Assembly: GCA_034780895.1 (NCBI GenBank)
Contig: JAUZTB010000064.1
Span: forward strand, 115,224,538-115,288,537
Direction of reading: 5' to 3'
Origin: Rhynchobatus australiae
Taxonomy: Eukaryota
DNA length: 64,000 nucleotides
Made by a program: the position numbers and the translations under genes. Numbering within the stretch: position 1 is the first letter of the stretch; each line of letters starts with the position of its first letter. The notes under the pieces were generated by a model. It was not told the origin of the DNA and did no database searches. It worked only from the letters and a program-made list of their open reading frames with translations. Shown here piece after piece: positions 25,190 through 38,784 of this stretch.

Positions 25190-26699
25190 GGGAAGAGAGG
25201 CTCTCGGTGCGAGAAGTGGAGCCATATAAAGAGGTGAGTGTCGGGACTCTGCTCTTTTCCAGGTGTTTCCAGACAATATAAGAGTCACAGCTGTGATTAC
25301 TGAGGTGATAATTGAATGGGAAATTAGCCAATTTGCAACAACGAATAAAAAACAATGTAGGGTCAAATGGAGTGGCCATTTTGGAGCAGACATGGTGACA
25401 GTGGCCCAGTGTTAGAGTGAGGAGCTGAGGCTTTGGCTCAAGAGACTTTAGTGAGAAGAAGCTAAGGTAAGTTTCTGTTATGNNNNNNNNNNNNNNNNNN
25501 NNNNNNNNNNNNNNNNNNNNNNNNNNNNNNNNNNNNNNNNNNNNNNNNNNNNNNNNNNNNNNNNNNNNNNNNNNNNNNNNNNAGTGCCAGAGCTGCTACA
25601 AATGGATTGTATGAGGTAGGTTTTACCATCAGTCCAAAAGTGCAATGACATTTGACACAAAAAATAATGTCCTTATTGTGTAGAAATGAATCAGATATCA
25701 ATAAAGTACAAGGCATTATCACATATGTACAAAAGTACCAAATATCATTCATGCCAGTGACGTCACATTGTTCTAAATATTCTTTGTATCTGAACTGCAA
25801 ACTTTAAAAAGTGTCTTCATTTAATTTATACAATAACACAAGAACAATATTTTTCTGGGCACACTTTACAGTACTTGTGAAAGGGACCTGGGTGAACCAT
25901 AAATGCTTGAAGGACCTCAGTAATTTGTCTGTCCCAAAGAAAGGCTGATTGCACCATCTACTGTGCATTCAACTCTCTTTAATCCTGTGCCTATTAGGAT
26001 AAGATTTTGTTTGAGCATGCATAATCATCTCATTACGGACTGCAATTCCTTTGTCCATCTCTTACTTTGCATTACTTTGTACAGATATTTAAAACCAGCA
26101 TTTTATTTCTTCTTAGAACCTCATATTACAAATGACAAAGATGTAACCACATTAATATTTCCAAAAACACTAATTTAGCATAAATAGAGTGTGTATCAGG
26201 TCAATATTGAGAGCAATATTTGATTTGTTCTTTTTGATATTTAAAAGTGCAAACAGGAAATTCCAGTTTTGGCGTAAGTCCGTTTTTCACAAAAATAAAT
26301 TGGAATTTCTGTAGATTTTGGCTAATCTTGACCATTGCCATACCATAGATTCAATCCTAGATTTTTAAATTTTGGAAGACTTATAGCCTCTGTTTGGCAA
26401 ATGGGAGCTTGCTGGTAAGAGATGGTGTTAGTTATTGAACGTATCTGGATCTATCTTACAGAGGAAATACTTTATCACCATGAAATTGATTCCACTAAAC
26501 AGCTTCCACTCTAATTGTAGCTCTACATGTGTCAATAATTTTAATTCTTAAGCCTTAAACATTCTAATTACTCTTATCAGAGAGATTCAAAATTATACTT
26601 GCTGTATATTACATGAGAAGAAACTTGATTTTTTCTGACATGCAGGAAATTCAGGAGACAGATGTTTTCATTTTGCGGAACCTTAAGTGATGTATTTGA

Positions 26700-26761
26700 A
26701 ATGATCTTATACACATGCACATGGAAACAACACAGTGAAATGCACCTTTTGCGTAGAGTGT
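26700..26761 (-). mobile_element. Tail fragment of the same SINE
   Basis: acacatgcacatggaaacaacacagtgaaatgcaccttttgc. Confidence 0.65.
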
Positions 26762-27014
26762 NNNNNNNNNNNNNNNNTGACTGTTGTTGACTTTACTGCT
26801 ATCCAATTTTTCCATCAAAGGCTACTGTGAAAATAATTTTCCAGAACTTGATCTTAGTGCTCATGGGAAACTCACTAGTCTTCAAACCTATGTGAAGACT
26901 CCCAGACAATCATTTATTGAATTGTTAAAATGTTGTAAATATGTAAAAGTTGTCAGAATGATCAAATTACAAATTAAGGTATTCAGACAAAATGAATTGA
27001 CTGAATGCATATGG

Positions 27015-27250
27015 ATAATAGCATAGTGATTGTGTTACCAGAATGGCAACGCAATGTCCAGACCAACGATCTGTAGGCATGAGTTCAACTACCACAGCTA
27101 CAGTAGTGTCAAATGAATGAGTCCGTGATTAAAAGTTCAGTGTCTGTAATCATAAAACTGTGGATTTTTGTTTTGAAAATTATAATGAAAGAATGGGGGT
27201 AGTCAAGTGTTTGAGTTAAGGGAAACTTGCAGGTCTTTGTGCTTATTCAT
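27015..27250 (+). mobile_element. Old tRNA-derived SINE
   Basis: agcatagtgattgtgttacc..catgagttcaactaccacagc; related to 18140-18435. Confidence 0.5.
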
Positions 27251-27269
27251 CTAGATGGTAGAGACCATC

Positions 27270-29070
27270 TTTTTAGGAAGTGCCTTTGAAGAAGCCATGA
27301 TGAGTTGTTGTATGTTTCGTGGATGGTACTTGATGCATCCTTGGTGCATTGATGACAGAGCGAGTGAATTTTGAAGGTGGTTTGTCCTTGGTGGTGTTGA
27401 ATTCATTTGAAACTCTACTCACCCAGGCAAGCACAGTGTATTTCATCACAGTCCTGTCATATGTCTTGTAGGTGATGGAAAGCTTTAGAGAATCAGGAGG
27501 GGAGACAGTCACCATAGGAGATCCAGCCTTTGATCTGATCTGGCAGCTATTGTATTTATGTTGCTTGTCTGGTTATTTCCTGATCTATGGTGACTCTAGT
27601 TGCCATTTGTAAGGGATTTGATGATGTTAATATCTTCGAATGTCATGGGTAGGAGGCCATACCCCCTCTTGTTGGTGTTAACTGCATAGTAGCTGTGTGG
27701 TGCAAATATTACATGTTCTCCAGGCCTTGCAGTATGGAAGCACAGACAGCTCTATTAACTGGATATGCATTTGGAGCTTAACGCTGAGCAGTCATCAGCA
27801 GAAATCCCCACCTGGACATGATCATTGGAGAGAAAATTATTAATGGAGATGGTTGGATACAGAACAAAACCCCAGGGAGCTTGTATGGCAATGCCCAAGC
27901 GCTAAGGTGATAGACTTCAAATAACTACAGGTACCTTTGAGGTTTGGCCCCTCCCTTGCATATACTTCACTTTTGCTGGGGCTACTTGATGCTATGCTGG
28001 TGAAGTTGAGGGGTGTCATGTTTATCTTGCCAAGATGTACAAATTCAATAGCATGTGTTTTTTTTCTGTCCTTTTATTTTTGGGTGGGACATACCTGGGC
28101 AATGTTCAACTTGGTCTGGTTAATGCCATTGTAGTTAGTCAGTACTGGAACACCTTTTGATAGTTCCGAAGATGAAATCTTCAGCACTACAGCCAAGATG
28201 ATGGGGCTCAGAGCCTTTATAGTATCCAGTGTATCCAGCTAATTCTTTTTAGGTAAATTGAATTGTTTGAGAACAGACATCGTGTTTTGCACTGCAGGAG
28301 GCCAGTATGGATCTTTGGCTTGATATTCTAAGTACGAATGCTCCAAGTTTCTTCTGTTCCCCTCCATCATTATTAATGGTGAAACATGCTCTCAGCATCC
28401 TCCAGTTCTGTGTTAGTTGTTTAGCTGCTGAGCACCATTGCTGCTTGAAATTGGATGTGGCAGAAGGGCAGAGCTTTGATTTGATCTATTGATTATGGTA
28501 ATATTAGCTCAGTTTACAGCCTGCTGCTTCCACTGTTCAGTGTGAAGGTAGTCCTCTGCTGTAACTTTGCCAGGTTGGCACCTCATTATTCACTATGCCA
28601 AGTTCTACCCCTGGAATGCCCTTCAATGCTTACTGGAACAAGGTTGATCACTTGCTACATGTTAATGGTGGAGTGAGGAATTCACCAGGCTTTGAGATTG
28701 CCAATTTTGATGGAATATAGTTCTGCTGTTGTTGATGTCTCAGAGCCTCATGGGTTCCCAGTATCAAGCTGCTAAATCTGTTCTATATCACTCCCATTTA
28801 GCACAATGGTAGCAGTACATAAAATGATGGCATATAAATTCTATGTGATAAAGGGACTTGATCACAAGTTATCCAATGATTATTGCAATCCAAACTATCA
28901 GGGATAATTGCAACCACAACAGAGTGCAGTGAGGGCAAATAGGTTTGTCCCCCCCTTGTGTTGTCACATCATCCTCCACAAGCCCTGTCTGGCAGCTGAG
29001 TCACTGGGGTCCTTTGTATCTAACATTACTGACAGAGACTGAATGAGTTTCCTCACGCTGAGTATATTTA
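27270..29070 (-). mobile_element. Ancient CR1-group (Zenon-like) LINE, eroded
   Basis: LSITYKTYDRTVMKYTVLAW (IYKAQVRSVMEY..W-like) plus upstream RT/EN traces. Confidence 0.65.
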
Positions 29071-29261
29071 TGGTGGTATTTGATCTGGATGGCATTCAGT
29101 GAGGAGTTTAGATTCATCAACTCTTTTGCCTTTAGAATTGCTTAAGGAAAGTAGTTCCTAAATGGCACTGCCAAGGGGAAAATGTGTCTGAAGATGGAGG
29201 CTATTGTGAATTTGGGAAGAGAAAGCAACAATAGACCTAGATATGTGAGCACTATTATGAA

Positions 29262-29700
29262 CGTACAAATTAGGAGCAGGAGCAGGCCACTCAGCCTCTC
29301 AAGCCTGTCCTAACATTTGATAGATTGTGACTGATCTGATGGTAACTGCAACTCTCCATTTCCACCTGCAGTAACATTTCACTTCCTTGCTTACCTAGTA
29401 TCTGTCTACCTTTGCCTTAAAACATCCTGAGACTCTGCTGCCACTGCCCTTTGGGGAAGAGATTCGCAACCACACCACACCCACCCCTCCACCGAGAAAA
29501 AATTTTGACACATCTGTCTTAAGTGGGCCAAACTTTTAGCTTTCAGCAAGTCACTCCCTTGTTCTAGATTCTCCCACAAAAATAAACAACCTCTCCACAT
29601 CTGTTCTGTCAGTACGCCTTGTACTTAATGTTTCATTCAAATCCTCTCTCATCCTTAAACCCCAGCGGATACTCTGGCCTATCCAACTCTTCCTCGTAAC
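29262..29700 (-). mobile_element. CR1-like LINE 3' end
   Basis: Tail aattaggagcaggagcaggccactcagcctctcaagcctg; WESLPQRAVAAES-like peptide. Confidence 0.85.
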
Positions 29701-29899
29701 ACGCCCATCACAAGTATTAATCAAATTATCTGAAGGTGGGTGAACATTGAGAATTTAATAAAGCCCAAGTGTTTTATTTTTACTGGAGGCAGCAGAAAAA
29801 GGAAGTTGTATTAAACCCTTTCATAAAGCACTGCTTAAGCCTCAGCATATTCTATTCTAAGCACCTTAGAGAGGCTGTCAAATCATTACTTTGCTTTTT

Positions 29900-30625
29900 G
29901 GGATCAAGGTTTGCTAACAAGATTGGCATTTATTGCCCTTAAGGTGATGCTGAGCCAACTTATGTAGTCCTTCTAGCGACTTGGACCCATTGACACTGAA
30001 GGAACAGCAATACATTTTTAATTGGGTTGTTGTGTGATTGGAGGGAAAGCTGCNNNNNNNNNNNNNNNNNNNNNNNNNNNNNNNNNNNNNNNNNNNNNNN
30101 NNNNNNNNNNNNNNNNNNNNNNNNNNNNNNNNNNNNNNNNNNNNNNNNNNNNNCTGGCCAATGGTTGCTCATGCTTTGATGTAGGGACTTCAGGAATGAT
30201 CATGCTATTGAGTATCAATGAAGGAGGTTGTACTCCCTTTTTCAAGAGACAGCATTGTCTGACACTTATGTGAGGCAAATTTTATGTTATTTCAACTCAA
30301 ACCTGTATATTGCTGTGCTTTAGGCATAGACTGCTCATTTTATTGAGCGGTTATGATTAGAATTAGACATTTTACAATCATCACAGTATCCACGTGTGAG
30401 ATCTCATAATGGAAGGGAGAGCACTGATAAAGGCATGAAGATAGGGCTAAGTGCATTAGATTAAGTAACTTCTGTAGCTGAGATGAATGAATGCCAACAA
30501 ACACCACCATCCACCTACTCACAACTCAGCCATTTGGAAGTTTCCTTTTGTTCCTGCTGATTTCAGTTTTCCTCTGGCATTTTGATGTTGCACTTAATCA
30601 AAACCTGGCTTGACACCAAGGTCAG
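29900..30625 (-). mobile_element. Ancient CR1-group LINE fragments
   Basis: ggcatttattgcccttaaggtgatgctgagcc tail; body matches the 27270-29070 family. Confidence 0.5.
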
Positions 30626-31464
30626 TCCAAATGAAACCTAAGAAAATGGACAGTCTGTCAAAACATTTATTCAAGGTGTTGTGTTTTGTTTTGGAGTTTC
30701 TTAAAAGAGTGCTGTGGAAGAAAGTAGAGATCTGGACAGATCTGGGAAGAGAATTCCATTCCTTGTGACCTAGATGAAATAAGGCAGCTGCCTAAAGTAA
30801 ATAAATGAAGGAGGATCCACAAAGGCCAGTCAGAAGTCTGGTTCCACCATTCAGTTAGATCATTGCTCGGTCTGAGGCTTCAAATCAATTGACATACTTT
30901 GTTCATCATCCCATGGTACCTTTTATGTAACAAGCTATATTGATTTCAAACTTAAAAGCTTCAGTGTCTGCATTCATCAAATTTCATTTCTGAAGCTAAA
31001 AAGGTGTGGAAGATTATTGCAATTTTTCTGCTGATTTCTCAGCTCCAATCTGAAGTGGAAACTAACATGTTCTGAAGGCTTGGTTAAGTCCAATATTTTT
31101 TCCATTATTTTTCTTTAAAGAATGTTTTAATCTCCAGTGAATTATTCACTTTGAGTAGTGAAATTGATGTCTATTCTCTTGGCTACTATGAAGCAAAATG
31201 CAATGTAATCACTTTGCAAATCTGGCATTTATTTATAGATACACAAAAAAATCCTGCGTTTTGTATTTGTCTTTTTTTCTTTATTTACAGTTCCAATATC
31301 AAACTTTTATGTGTTTAATAGGCCCGAGTTTCTCTCTTTTGCAATATTTATTGAAACATTTCATGCTGGTCTTCATTTTTCTTTACTGTGTTTCTTTTTT
31401 ATAGACTCTGGTCTCCAATAGAAATAGATCCTATCTACACCGAAACCCTGAACAAATTTGATCA

Positions 31465-32960
31465 TGAGAACATAAGAAAGACAAGAATGTAATAAAAAAA
31501 AAAGAGCAGGTGTTTGCCACATGGCCCCTCAAACCTGCCCCACTATTCAATATGATCATTTCTGATCTGCCCCAGGCCTCATTTCCTCTTCTGTGCTAGT
31601 TCCCACAATCTTCAATCTCCTCATCTTTCAGAATATAACCTGTTTCCTCTGCAAATACCTCAAATTATCTCACCTCCACAGCCCTCAAGAGTTGAGAATT
31701 CCAGAGATTCACCACCCCCTGAGAGCAGAAGTTCTGATACACCTCAGGTTTCAGTGACTGCCCATAATCTTGTAATCATGTCCTCTCATTCAAGATTCTC
31801 CCACCTGTGGAAACAACTTGCTATCTCCCCATCATGATCTCTAAGGATCTTGTATGTTTCAATGAGATCACACCTCATTCTTCGAAAGTACAAATAATGT
31901 AGATATAATCTCTTCACCAAATGGTGATAGGACAACCCTCTCATACCAGAAATTAAGCTGGTGAATTTCTGTTGGGCTGCCTTCAATGCCAATGTATGCT
32001 TTCTTAAAAAAGGGACCAAAACTGTCCAAAGTACACCAGATGTGGCCTCACCGTGACCCTTACAATCGTAGCAATACTCCCTTATTTCTAAACTCCAGCC
32101 CTCTTGTAGTGAAGGTCCGTATGTCATTTGGCTTCCCACCCACTTGCATCACTTACCTGCGAACCCTTTGCAATTCATGCACAAGAAACCGAGATCCCTC
32201 TTCTTCACTCTGTAGTGAAGTAGATAGTAGTCTGCCTTTAGATTCCTGTTAAGGAAGTGCATAACCTCACACTCGGTTTGTCAAGTTTTCATCCAGTCAT
32301 TCAGCGTGTCCATATCCAGTTGCAGAGTTCTGATATTCTCACTGCAGCCTGCCGTTCCATTCGTGTCATCAGCAAACTGGGATACCCTACACACAGCCCC
32401 CTCTTCCATGTCCTAAATCATGAATAACTAAGAGACAAGAATTGATGCCTGGGGCACTCCACCAGTTACATCCCTCCATCCTGTAAAAGACCTGTTTGTT
32501 CTGACTTTGTCTTCTATACCATGATTTCTTATCTTGTACACCAGCCTTTTATGTGGTACCTTGTCAAATCCCTTCTACATGTTCCTCTCCATTGACTTTG
32601 CTTGTTACATCTTCAAAATACTCGAGTGCACAAAAAACCATATTGACTTGGTTTGACAACATTAAGCTTTTCTAAATGACCAGATACTTCTTCCTCAATT
32701 ATGGATTCCAGCATCTTGACAACCACAGATATTAAGCTGGCAGGTCTATAGTTACCCACTTTTTGTCTTCCTTCCTTCTTAAACAGAGTCACATTTGCAC
32801 TTTCTAGTCCACTGGTAGTTTTCCAGAACTCAGTGTGTTTTGAGAAACTTCAACTAACGTCAGCCACTTCCTTTAAAACCCTTGCATGCAGGTCATTGAG
32901 ATCCAGTGATTTGCCTGCCTTTGGACCTATTAGTTTTTCTAATCCTTTGTCCTTTATGAT
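31465..32960 (-). mobile_element. CR1-like LINE, ~1.5 kb
   Basis: LKAAQQKFTSLISGMRGLSY..RRMRCDLIETYKILR; FADD (tcatcagcaaa on +); QYGF; tail aacataagaa. Confidence 0.88.
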
Positions 32961-33919
32961 AGATCACTCACCTCTTCTATAAAACTGACAGTTTCTATCT
33001 TGGATTGCAATCATTACNNNNNNNNNNNNNNNNNNNNNNNNNNNNNNNNNNNNNNNNNNNNNNNNNNNNNNNNNNNNNNNNNNNNNNNNNNNNNNNNNNN
33101 NNNNNNNNNNNNNNNNNATCATTACATTACCACCTTCAATTTAATCAAAAACTCAGCTGAGCCCATCATCACTCATAAGTCAGTTACTCTCGATCAACTA
33201 CTAAAATTTGTCATCTTAATTTGGGAAGTACTCCAAGAAGGATTTACCCTTTACATGATATGTAAACATTTGTTTTATTCCTTTATAGGGAATTTTTCAT
33301 ATTTTGAAAAGGATTTAGGGAGTTTCTCTCTGAGCCTTTAGGAACACTGGCACCTTTTGAAGATTGTTCTTTTAACAGCAGTTCTCTAGCTAATCAACCT
33401 TGGCCAGAATGCATGGGTTGAACAAAGGTTCCTTCTCCAAAGTGTTGGTAGTTTCCACCAAACTAAAAGATTAATTTCCCGAATTCCTGAAATTACCTTT
33501 GAGAATAACCTTTTAGTCTAGGCACCTTTTGTGCACCAATAATTATGCCTAGGGGAAATTTGCCAGTCGTGTGATTAGAGGAAATTGCAAGTTATTAAAA
33601 ATAAATTTCATTGATGAAAATGTAGGCAATACATAACCTGCCAAATAAATAAAAGCCAGCAGATTAAATAGATTAAGCCTGGAATTTTCTGTTTATGATG
33701 TTCAAGTTCATATGGAATTCCTCTGCCCCACATTTCATTGGAGGCACAAGTTTATACATTTTAAGCATATGCTGTACTGCAGATTGTAAGTAACTATTCC
33801 CTTGTCTAATTAGTATGATGTTACATAATTATTTTTTTAAATGGATTCATGACTGAAAACAAATCTCACTATTTATTAATGATGTCATTTACATGACTGA
33901 TTGGCACCCAAGTATGACT

Positions 33920-34030
33920 GCAACAACTTGCACATTGTGCCTTTAGCATAAGAACGTGTTTCAAGCTGCTTCACAGGAGAGTGTGATTTGACTTAAAATT
34001 GACACGGAGAGAAGTAAGCAGATATTTCCT
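33920..34030 (-). mobile_element. L2-type 3' tail fragment
   Basis: caacaacttgcac..gcctttagcat..gcttcacaggag. Confidence 0.45.
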
Positions 34031-34299
34031 TGATTCTGTGGGGCAGCATCAGTAAATTTGTCAAAGTCTACACATTAGCAGTTCACCAGTAGGCAGCTGC
34101 ATGCACTTCAGTGCTGGACTCCTCTTGGAGTTCACCATAAGAGCAGAAACATGAGCAAAATACCTTACACTGACATTACTGAGTCACCAAAGAATCTAGG
34201 TCCAGGTGAGTGAAGGCTCAACTGCTCTATCTAAGGTCAGGGCATAAATGGTTAATTGACAGCAAACTTTGGGGAACACTCAGTGGGAAGCACAAGAGG

Positions 34300-34410
34300 A
34301 CACGAGACTGCTCTATGCTGTCAAACAGTGTGCTGGAACAACTCTGGGTCGAGCAGCATCTGTGGGGGAAAGGACTTATCGACATTTCAGGTCGAAACTC
34401 TTTCCATAGG
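34300..34410 (-). mobile_element. Penelope-like terminal fragment
   Basis: tgctggaacaactc..gcagcatctgtgggggaa..gacatttcaggtcgaaac. Confidence 0.65.
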
Positions 34411-34804
34411 AAACACGTGAGCTGGAGCAAAACTTAGTTCTTGGAGTCTGATTTGTGGAACTGGCTTTTTACAAATCCATGGTGACTCTACCTGATCAGT
34501 TCATTTTTTGCCAAGCATTCAGTTGGTTTTTCTCTCAGAGCAGATTCTACAACACAAAATTAAACCAGTAGGTTTATAATAAGCCAGACTGCACTGAGTT
34601 TCACAGAGAACCCCTGACTAGCTGCATCATGCATGTCAACACATCTTGGATTTCCACACCTGCTGGCTGCAGTTTTTGGAAAGATAGAATTCATTGGAGA
34701 TCAGATACTTTTCTAAGTTCTGACCTCCTGCTCTGTCCTTGGATTTACCACTGAGTCCAGACGTTTTCCGTCAACTACTGAGCCAAGGGGATGATCATAC
34801 TTTG

Positions 34805-35087
34805 GGCAGCACAATGGCAGAGGTAGTAAAGGTGCTTTGTCACAGCTCCAGTGACTGGGGTTCAGTCCTGACCTCCAGTGCTGTCTGTTGGAGTTTTCAC
34901 CTTCTTACTGTGACACCATAAGTTTCCCCAGGGTGGCTGGATTTCTTCCCATATCTTAATGATGAGTTAGTAGGTTAATTAGTGACACAGGTGAATTGTA
35001 GAATTTGGGGAGAGTTGATGGGAATGTGAGAAAAATAAAATTGGGTTAGTGTACATGGGTGTTTGATGGTCAGAACAGACTTGATGT
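34805..35087 (+). mobile_element. V-SINE (HE1-like) with CR1-type tail
   Basis: gggcagcacaatggc..ggggttcagtcctgacc head; V domain; tail gatggtcagaacagacttgatg. Confidence 0.82.
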
Positions 35088-35269
35088 ANNNNNNNNNNNN
35101 NNNNNNNNNNNNNNNNNNNNNNNNNNNNNNNNNNNNNNNNNNNNNNNNNNNNNNNNNNNNNNNNNNNNNNNNNNNNNNNNNNNNNNNNNNNNNNNNNNNN
35201 NNNNNNNNNNNNNNNNNNNNNNNNNNNNNNNNNNNNNNNCAAAGTAAATAGAAAGGACCAATCAGAACA

Positions 35270-35905
35270 TCAAAAGCATTTCATTCTCAAGAAAATTCCA
35301 GTAGATTGATCAAACACCATTTTCCTTTCATAAATCCATGTTGACTTTGTCCAATGCTGATGATATTTTCTAAATATTCTGTTATCATATCCTTTATGAT
35401 AGATGCTGGCATTTCTCTGACCAATGATGTTGGACTAACGGACCTATTGTTTCTGTTTTCCCTCCCCTTCCTTTTTCAGCAATGGTGCTACATTTGCCAC
35501 CTTCTAATCTGCAGGAACCATTCCATATTCTATAGTATTGTGGAAGGCAGCAGCCAGTGTATCCATGACTACCTCTTTGGTACTCAGAAATGTATATTAT
35601 CAGGCCCTGGGGATTTATTGGTTCTCTGTCCCTTTGATTTCTCCAGAATTACATTTTTGTGAACAATAATATCCTTTAATTCCTCTTTTTCATGATGCTC
35701 TTTGTTCCCTCACATTTCTGGCAAGTTATCTGTGTGCCACTCTTCCCTAAAGGACCCTGTACAATAAGATTATTAACCAACCACTTACATTACACAGAAC
35801 CCAGTCAAAGTTAGTTTTTCCCTGGTTGGCGCCTCAATGTATTGGTCCAAAAGAACATACTAAAGAACATACTTATATATATCCCAACAATTCATCCTAT
35901 TCTTA
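35270..35905 (-). mobile_element. CR1-like LINE RT fragment
   Basis: Minus-strand QSQHGFMKGKWCLINLLEF and KSPGPD. Confidence 0.8.
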
Positions 35906-36792
35906 AANNNNNNNNNNNNNNNNNNNNNNNNNNNNNNNNNNNNNNNNNNNNNNNNNNNNNNNNNNNNNNNNNNNNNNNNNNNNNNNNNNNNNNNNNNNNN
36001 NNNNNNNAATTGCTATACTCAAATCACCACCACTACTCCAACTATCTTTGGTGACTGCTTGTAGTGTCCTTCATCCTTATGAGCTGGGTACATGGATTTT
36101 CCTGGCTAGACCACTTCTATTGTTGATGTCTTGTATTTTATTCAAGTGTCTTTGCTGTCATATGGAAATTTGTAAATTCTTCTAATTCTTGACACCAAAT
36201 TGTTTATACACATGGAGACATAATCCAGCAGCTATCCTTGTAGAGTACGACTTTGACCTGATTCTCTGTTTATTGCTCTGTAGTCATTCTGTTTTGGATC
36301 TGGATTTCATGCGTGCTGACCCTTAACCATGAGTATACTTTTGAAGGCCATTTGTAAATCCAATTACAAGCAATATGGTACCCCCATCTACTTTTTATGT
36401 CAATACTTCATTGAATTCAGTAAGGTTGGACATACATAAACTTACATGTTAAAATTTCTGTTGAATATTTTTATTATATTTTTGGTTCCTAGTTGATTTT
36501 CTATTTTTCTATTTTTGGAAAAGATTCTGCAAACTTTCCTGCCAACATTGTTAACTGGTTTCTAGTTCCCAGGACTTGTTCTATTAATTAAAAAAAAATA
36601 AAATTACATTATTTGTCTGCTAATCTTCTGTGATGTTCCTCCTTCAAATAATTTTTAGTAGAAATTTAGCAATAGTTCTGCAGTTCCTGTTTTATTTTCA
36701 GTGGTTAGATTTAATTCAACTGAACAAGAGTTTTATCCTTTTTAAGTTTCATTGGTTATGAAAATGTACCCATCCCTAACAAATTTTCTTGT

Positions 36793-37500
36793 GGCCTGGA
36801 TTTTGCAGTCAGCATTCAACTCTATCCTCAAAATAAAATCTCCAGAAAGAACCCCCAATGCCTGTAGCATGGATTTCTTTTTTACTTTTTAGTTTTATTC
36901 TGATATCAGATACAGGGGATACAGTATCTATCAAGTAAATTGAGCAACCAATTCTGAAAAACAATAAATCAACAAATAAAATCCTTCAATGTTTTAATTA
37001 ACTTTCTCAACATTTTACAAAGTATGAAATAAAGAATGAAACATGCACATGTGATTAAAGCAGAAGATGAAATTTTTAAAAAGGAACAATTATTTAGAAA
37101 TTATTTATTACTAAAAAAAACTGGAGGTCTGAAATCATTATTCTGAAGGGATTAAACTCGAATGTGAAATTAGTTTTTCTGGCCCAGAGAGACGTTCAGC
37201 AGTAATTTTAGCNNNNNNTGCTGGTTAAAAACTCATTTACACCATTCAACACTTTCACAAAGTTTTTTTTTCACAACATGAATAATGAAAAAAAAAGCAG
37301 GTTACCATCAATTCAGAGATTCCCAATCTGCAATTACCTCTGGTGTTCCTCGATGAGAAACAGGGTGACATGGACAACACCTTCTGAATATTTATACGTG
37401 ACTACAAACATGCAGATTCCAGTAGTTACTGTCAGTTGGAAAATGGAATGAGAATAATCAACAATTTTAATAGCATTACAATTGTGGAATTTGAGTCCAA
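36793..37500. mobile_element. Probable old non-autonomous DNA transposon (MITE)
   Basis: Begins ggcctggattttgcagtcagc and ends with a degenerate inverse terminus; AT-rich non-coding interior; recalled as a shark interspersed repeat. Confidence 0.4.
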
Positions 37501-38099
37501 CAGTTTTTGATCACTTGTTTTAATATTATGTCATCATATTGGTCTTTCTGTTAAATAGTGTGTGAAGTTGCTATTCAATATAGCTATTGTCGCTGTAATT
37601 ACCTTTAGTTTATTTTCCTCTGTACCGTCACTCTATTCAGATTTTTTTTTTGTTATTTATGTGTCTGCAAAAATACCTTTTCAGTTCTTTTCAATTTTCT
37701 ACAACACGAAATTTTCTTTTGCACATCCCTGATGCTTGACTGATTTCATGGAATCATAGAAATTCACAGTACAGGAGGCCATTCAGTCCATCTCAAATGT
37801 TTGCATAACCTAGTTATTAACTTCCTTGGGCTCCTTTGTTCTGCTCCTCTTTATTGGGACAGATCTTTTGTGCAGGAGTTACGTCTGCAATTGCCAGAAG
37901 TTAACAGGCTTTTCTGCTTGGTAGGCTTGTGCTGCAGCTTTGGTTGCAACCTAAACCAGATTGCTAATTTCCCAAACTTCTGCACGTTGATCCTGAATTG
38001 CACTGCGACTCTCTTGTTGCTTTCACGTCATTCCATTAACTTCAGTTTCCATCAGTCCTGGGAGTACTGAGCAGTGTGTCAGCATAACTGGACAGTGGT

Positions 38100-38500
38100 A
38101 ATAAAGGCAACAGCAAAGGGACTCATTAGATAGTGATGATGCAGCTTTACAAAACTCTAGTTAGACCGCACTTAGAGTAACTGTGTTCAGTTCTGGTTGC
38201 CGCATTATAGGAAGGATGTGGAGGTGTTGGAGAGGGTGCAGAGGAGATTTACCAGGNNNNNNNNNNNNNNNNNNNNNNNNNNNNNNNNNNNNNNNNNNNN
38301 NNNNNNNNNNNNNNNNNNNNNNNNNNNNNNNNNNNNNNNNNNNNNNNNNNNNNNNNTGGATCGGCATATGGAGGAATGTGGGATGGAGGGATATGCGGGA
38401 GGAAAGGATTAGATAGTGTGAGGTGTGGTTTAATGGGTGGCACAACATGGTGGGCCGAAGGGCCTGTGTTGTGCTGTATTGTTCTATGTTCTATATGTTC
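38100..38500 (+). mobile_element. CR1/HER1-like LINE 3' end (gap inside)
   Basis: LYKTLVRPHLE..PHYRKDVEVLERVQRRFTR; tail gggccgaagggcctgt..ttctatgttcta. Confidence 0.92.
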
Positions 38501-38784
38501 TTCTTTTCCTGTTAAGTGGCTCTGTAAAGCATTTCATGAAACAGATTGAAGGAGTAGTTTGTCCAGGCCACAAGCACAGCACTGGACCTACAGCAGTCAG
38601 TCTCTGCTCTTGATATTCAGCTGACAGCTGGAGAAACAGAGATGGGTTGAAAAGTCCGGGGCATCTTGTACAATGCGATCTATGACGATGTAGTTACTGG
38701 AAAGGATATGACAATGATCATCAGATTAACAGCAGGCAGAATGGGAACCATTTATTTTGATTTTTAAGGGTAATGCCATATGAT

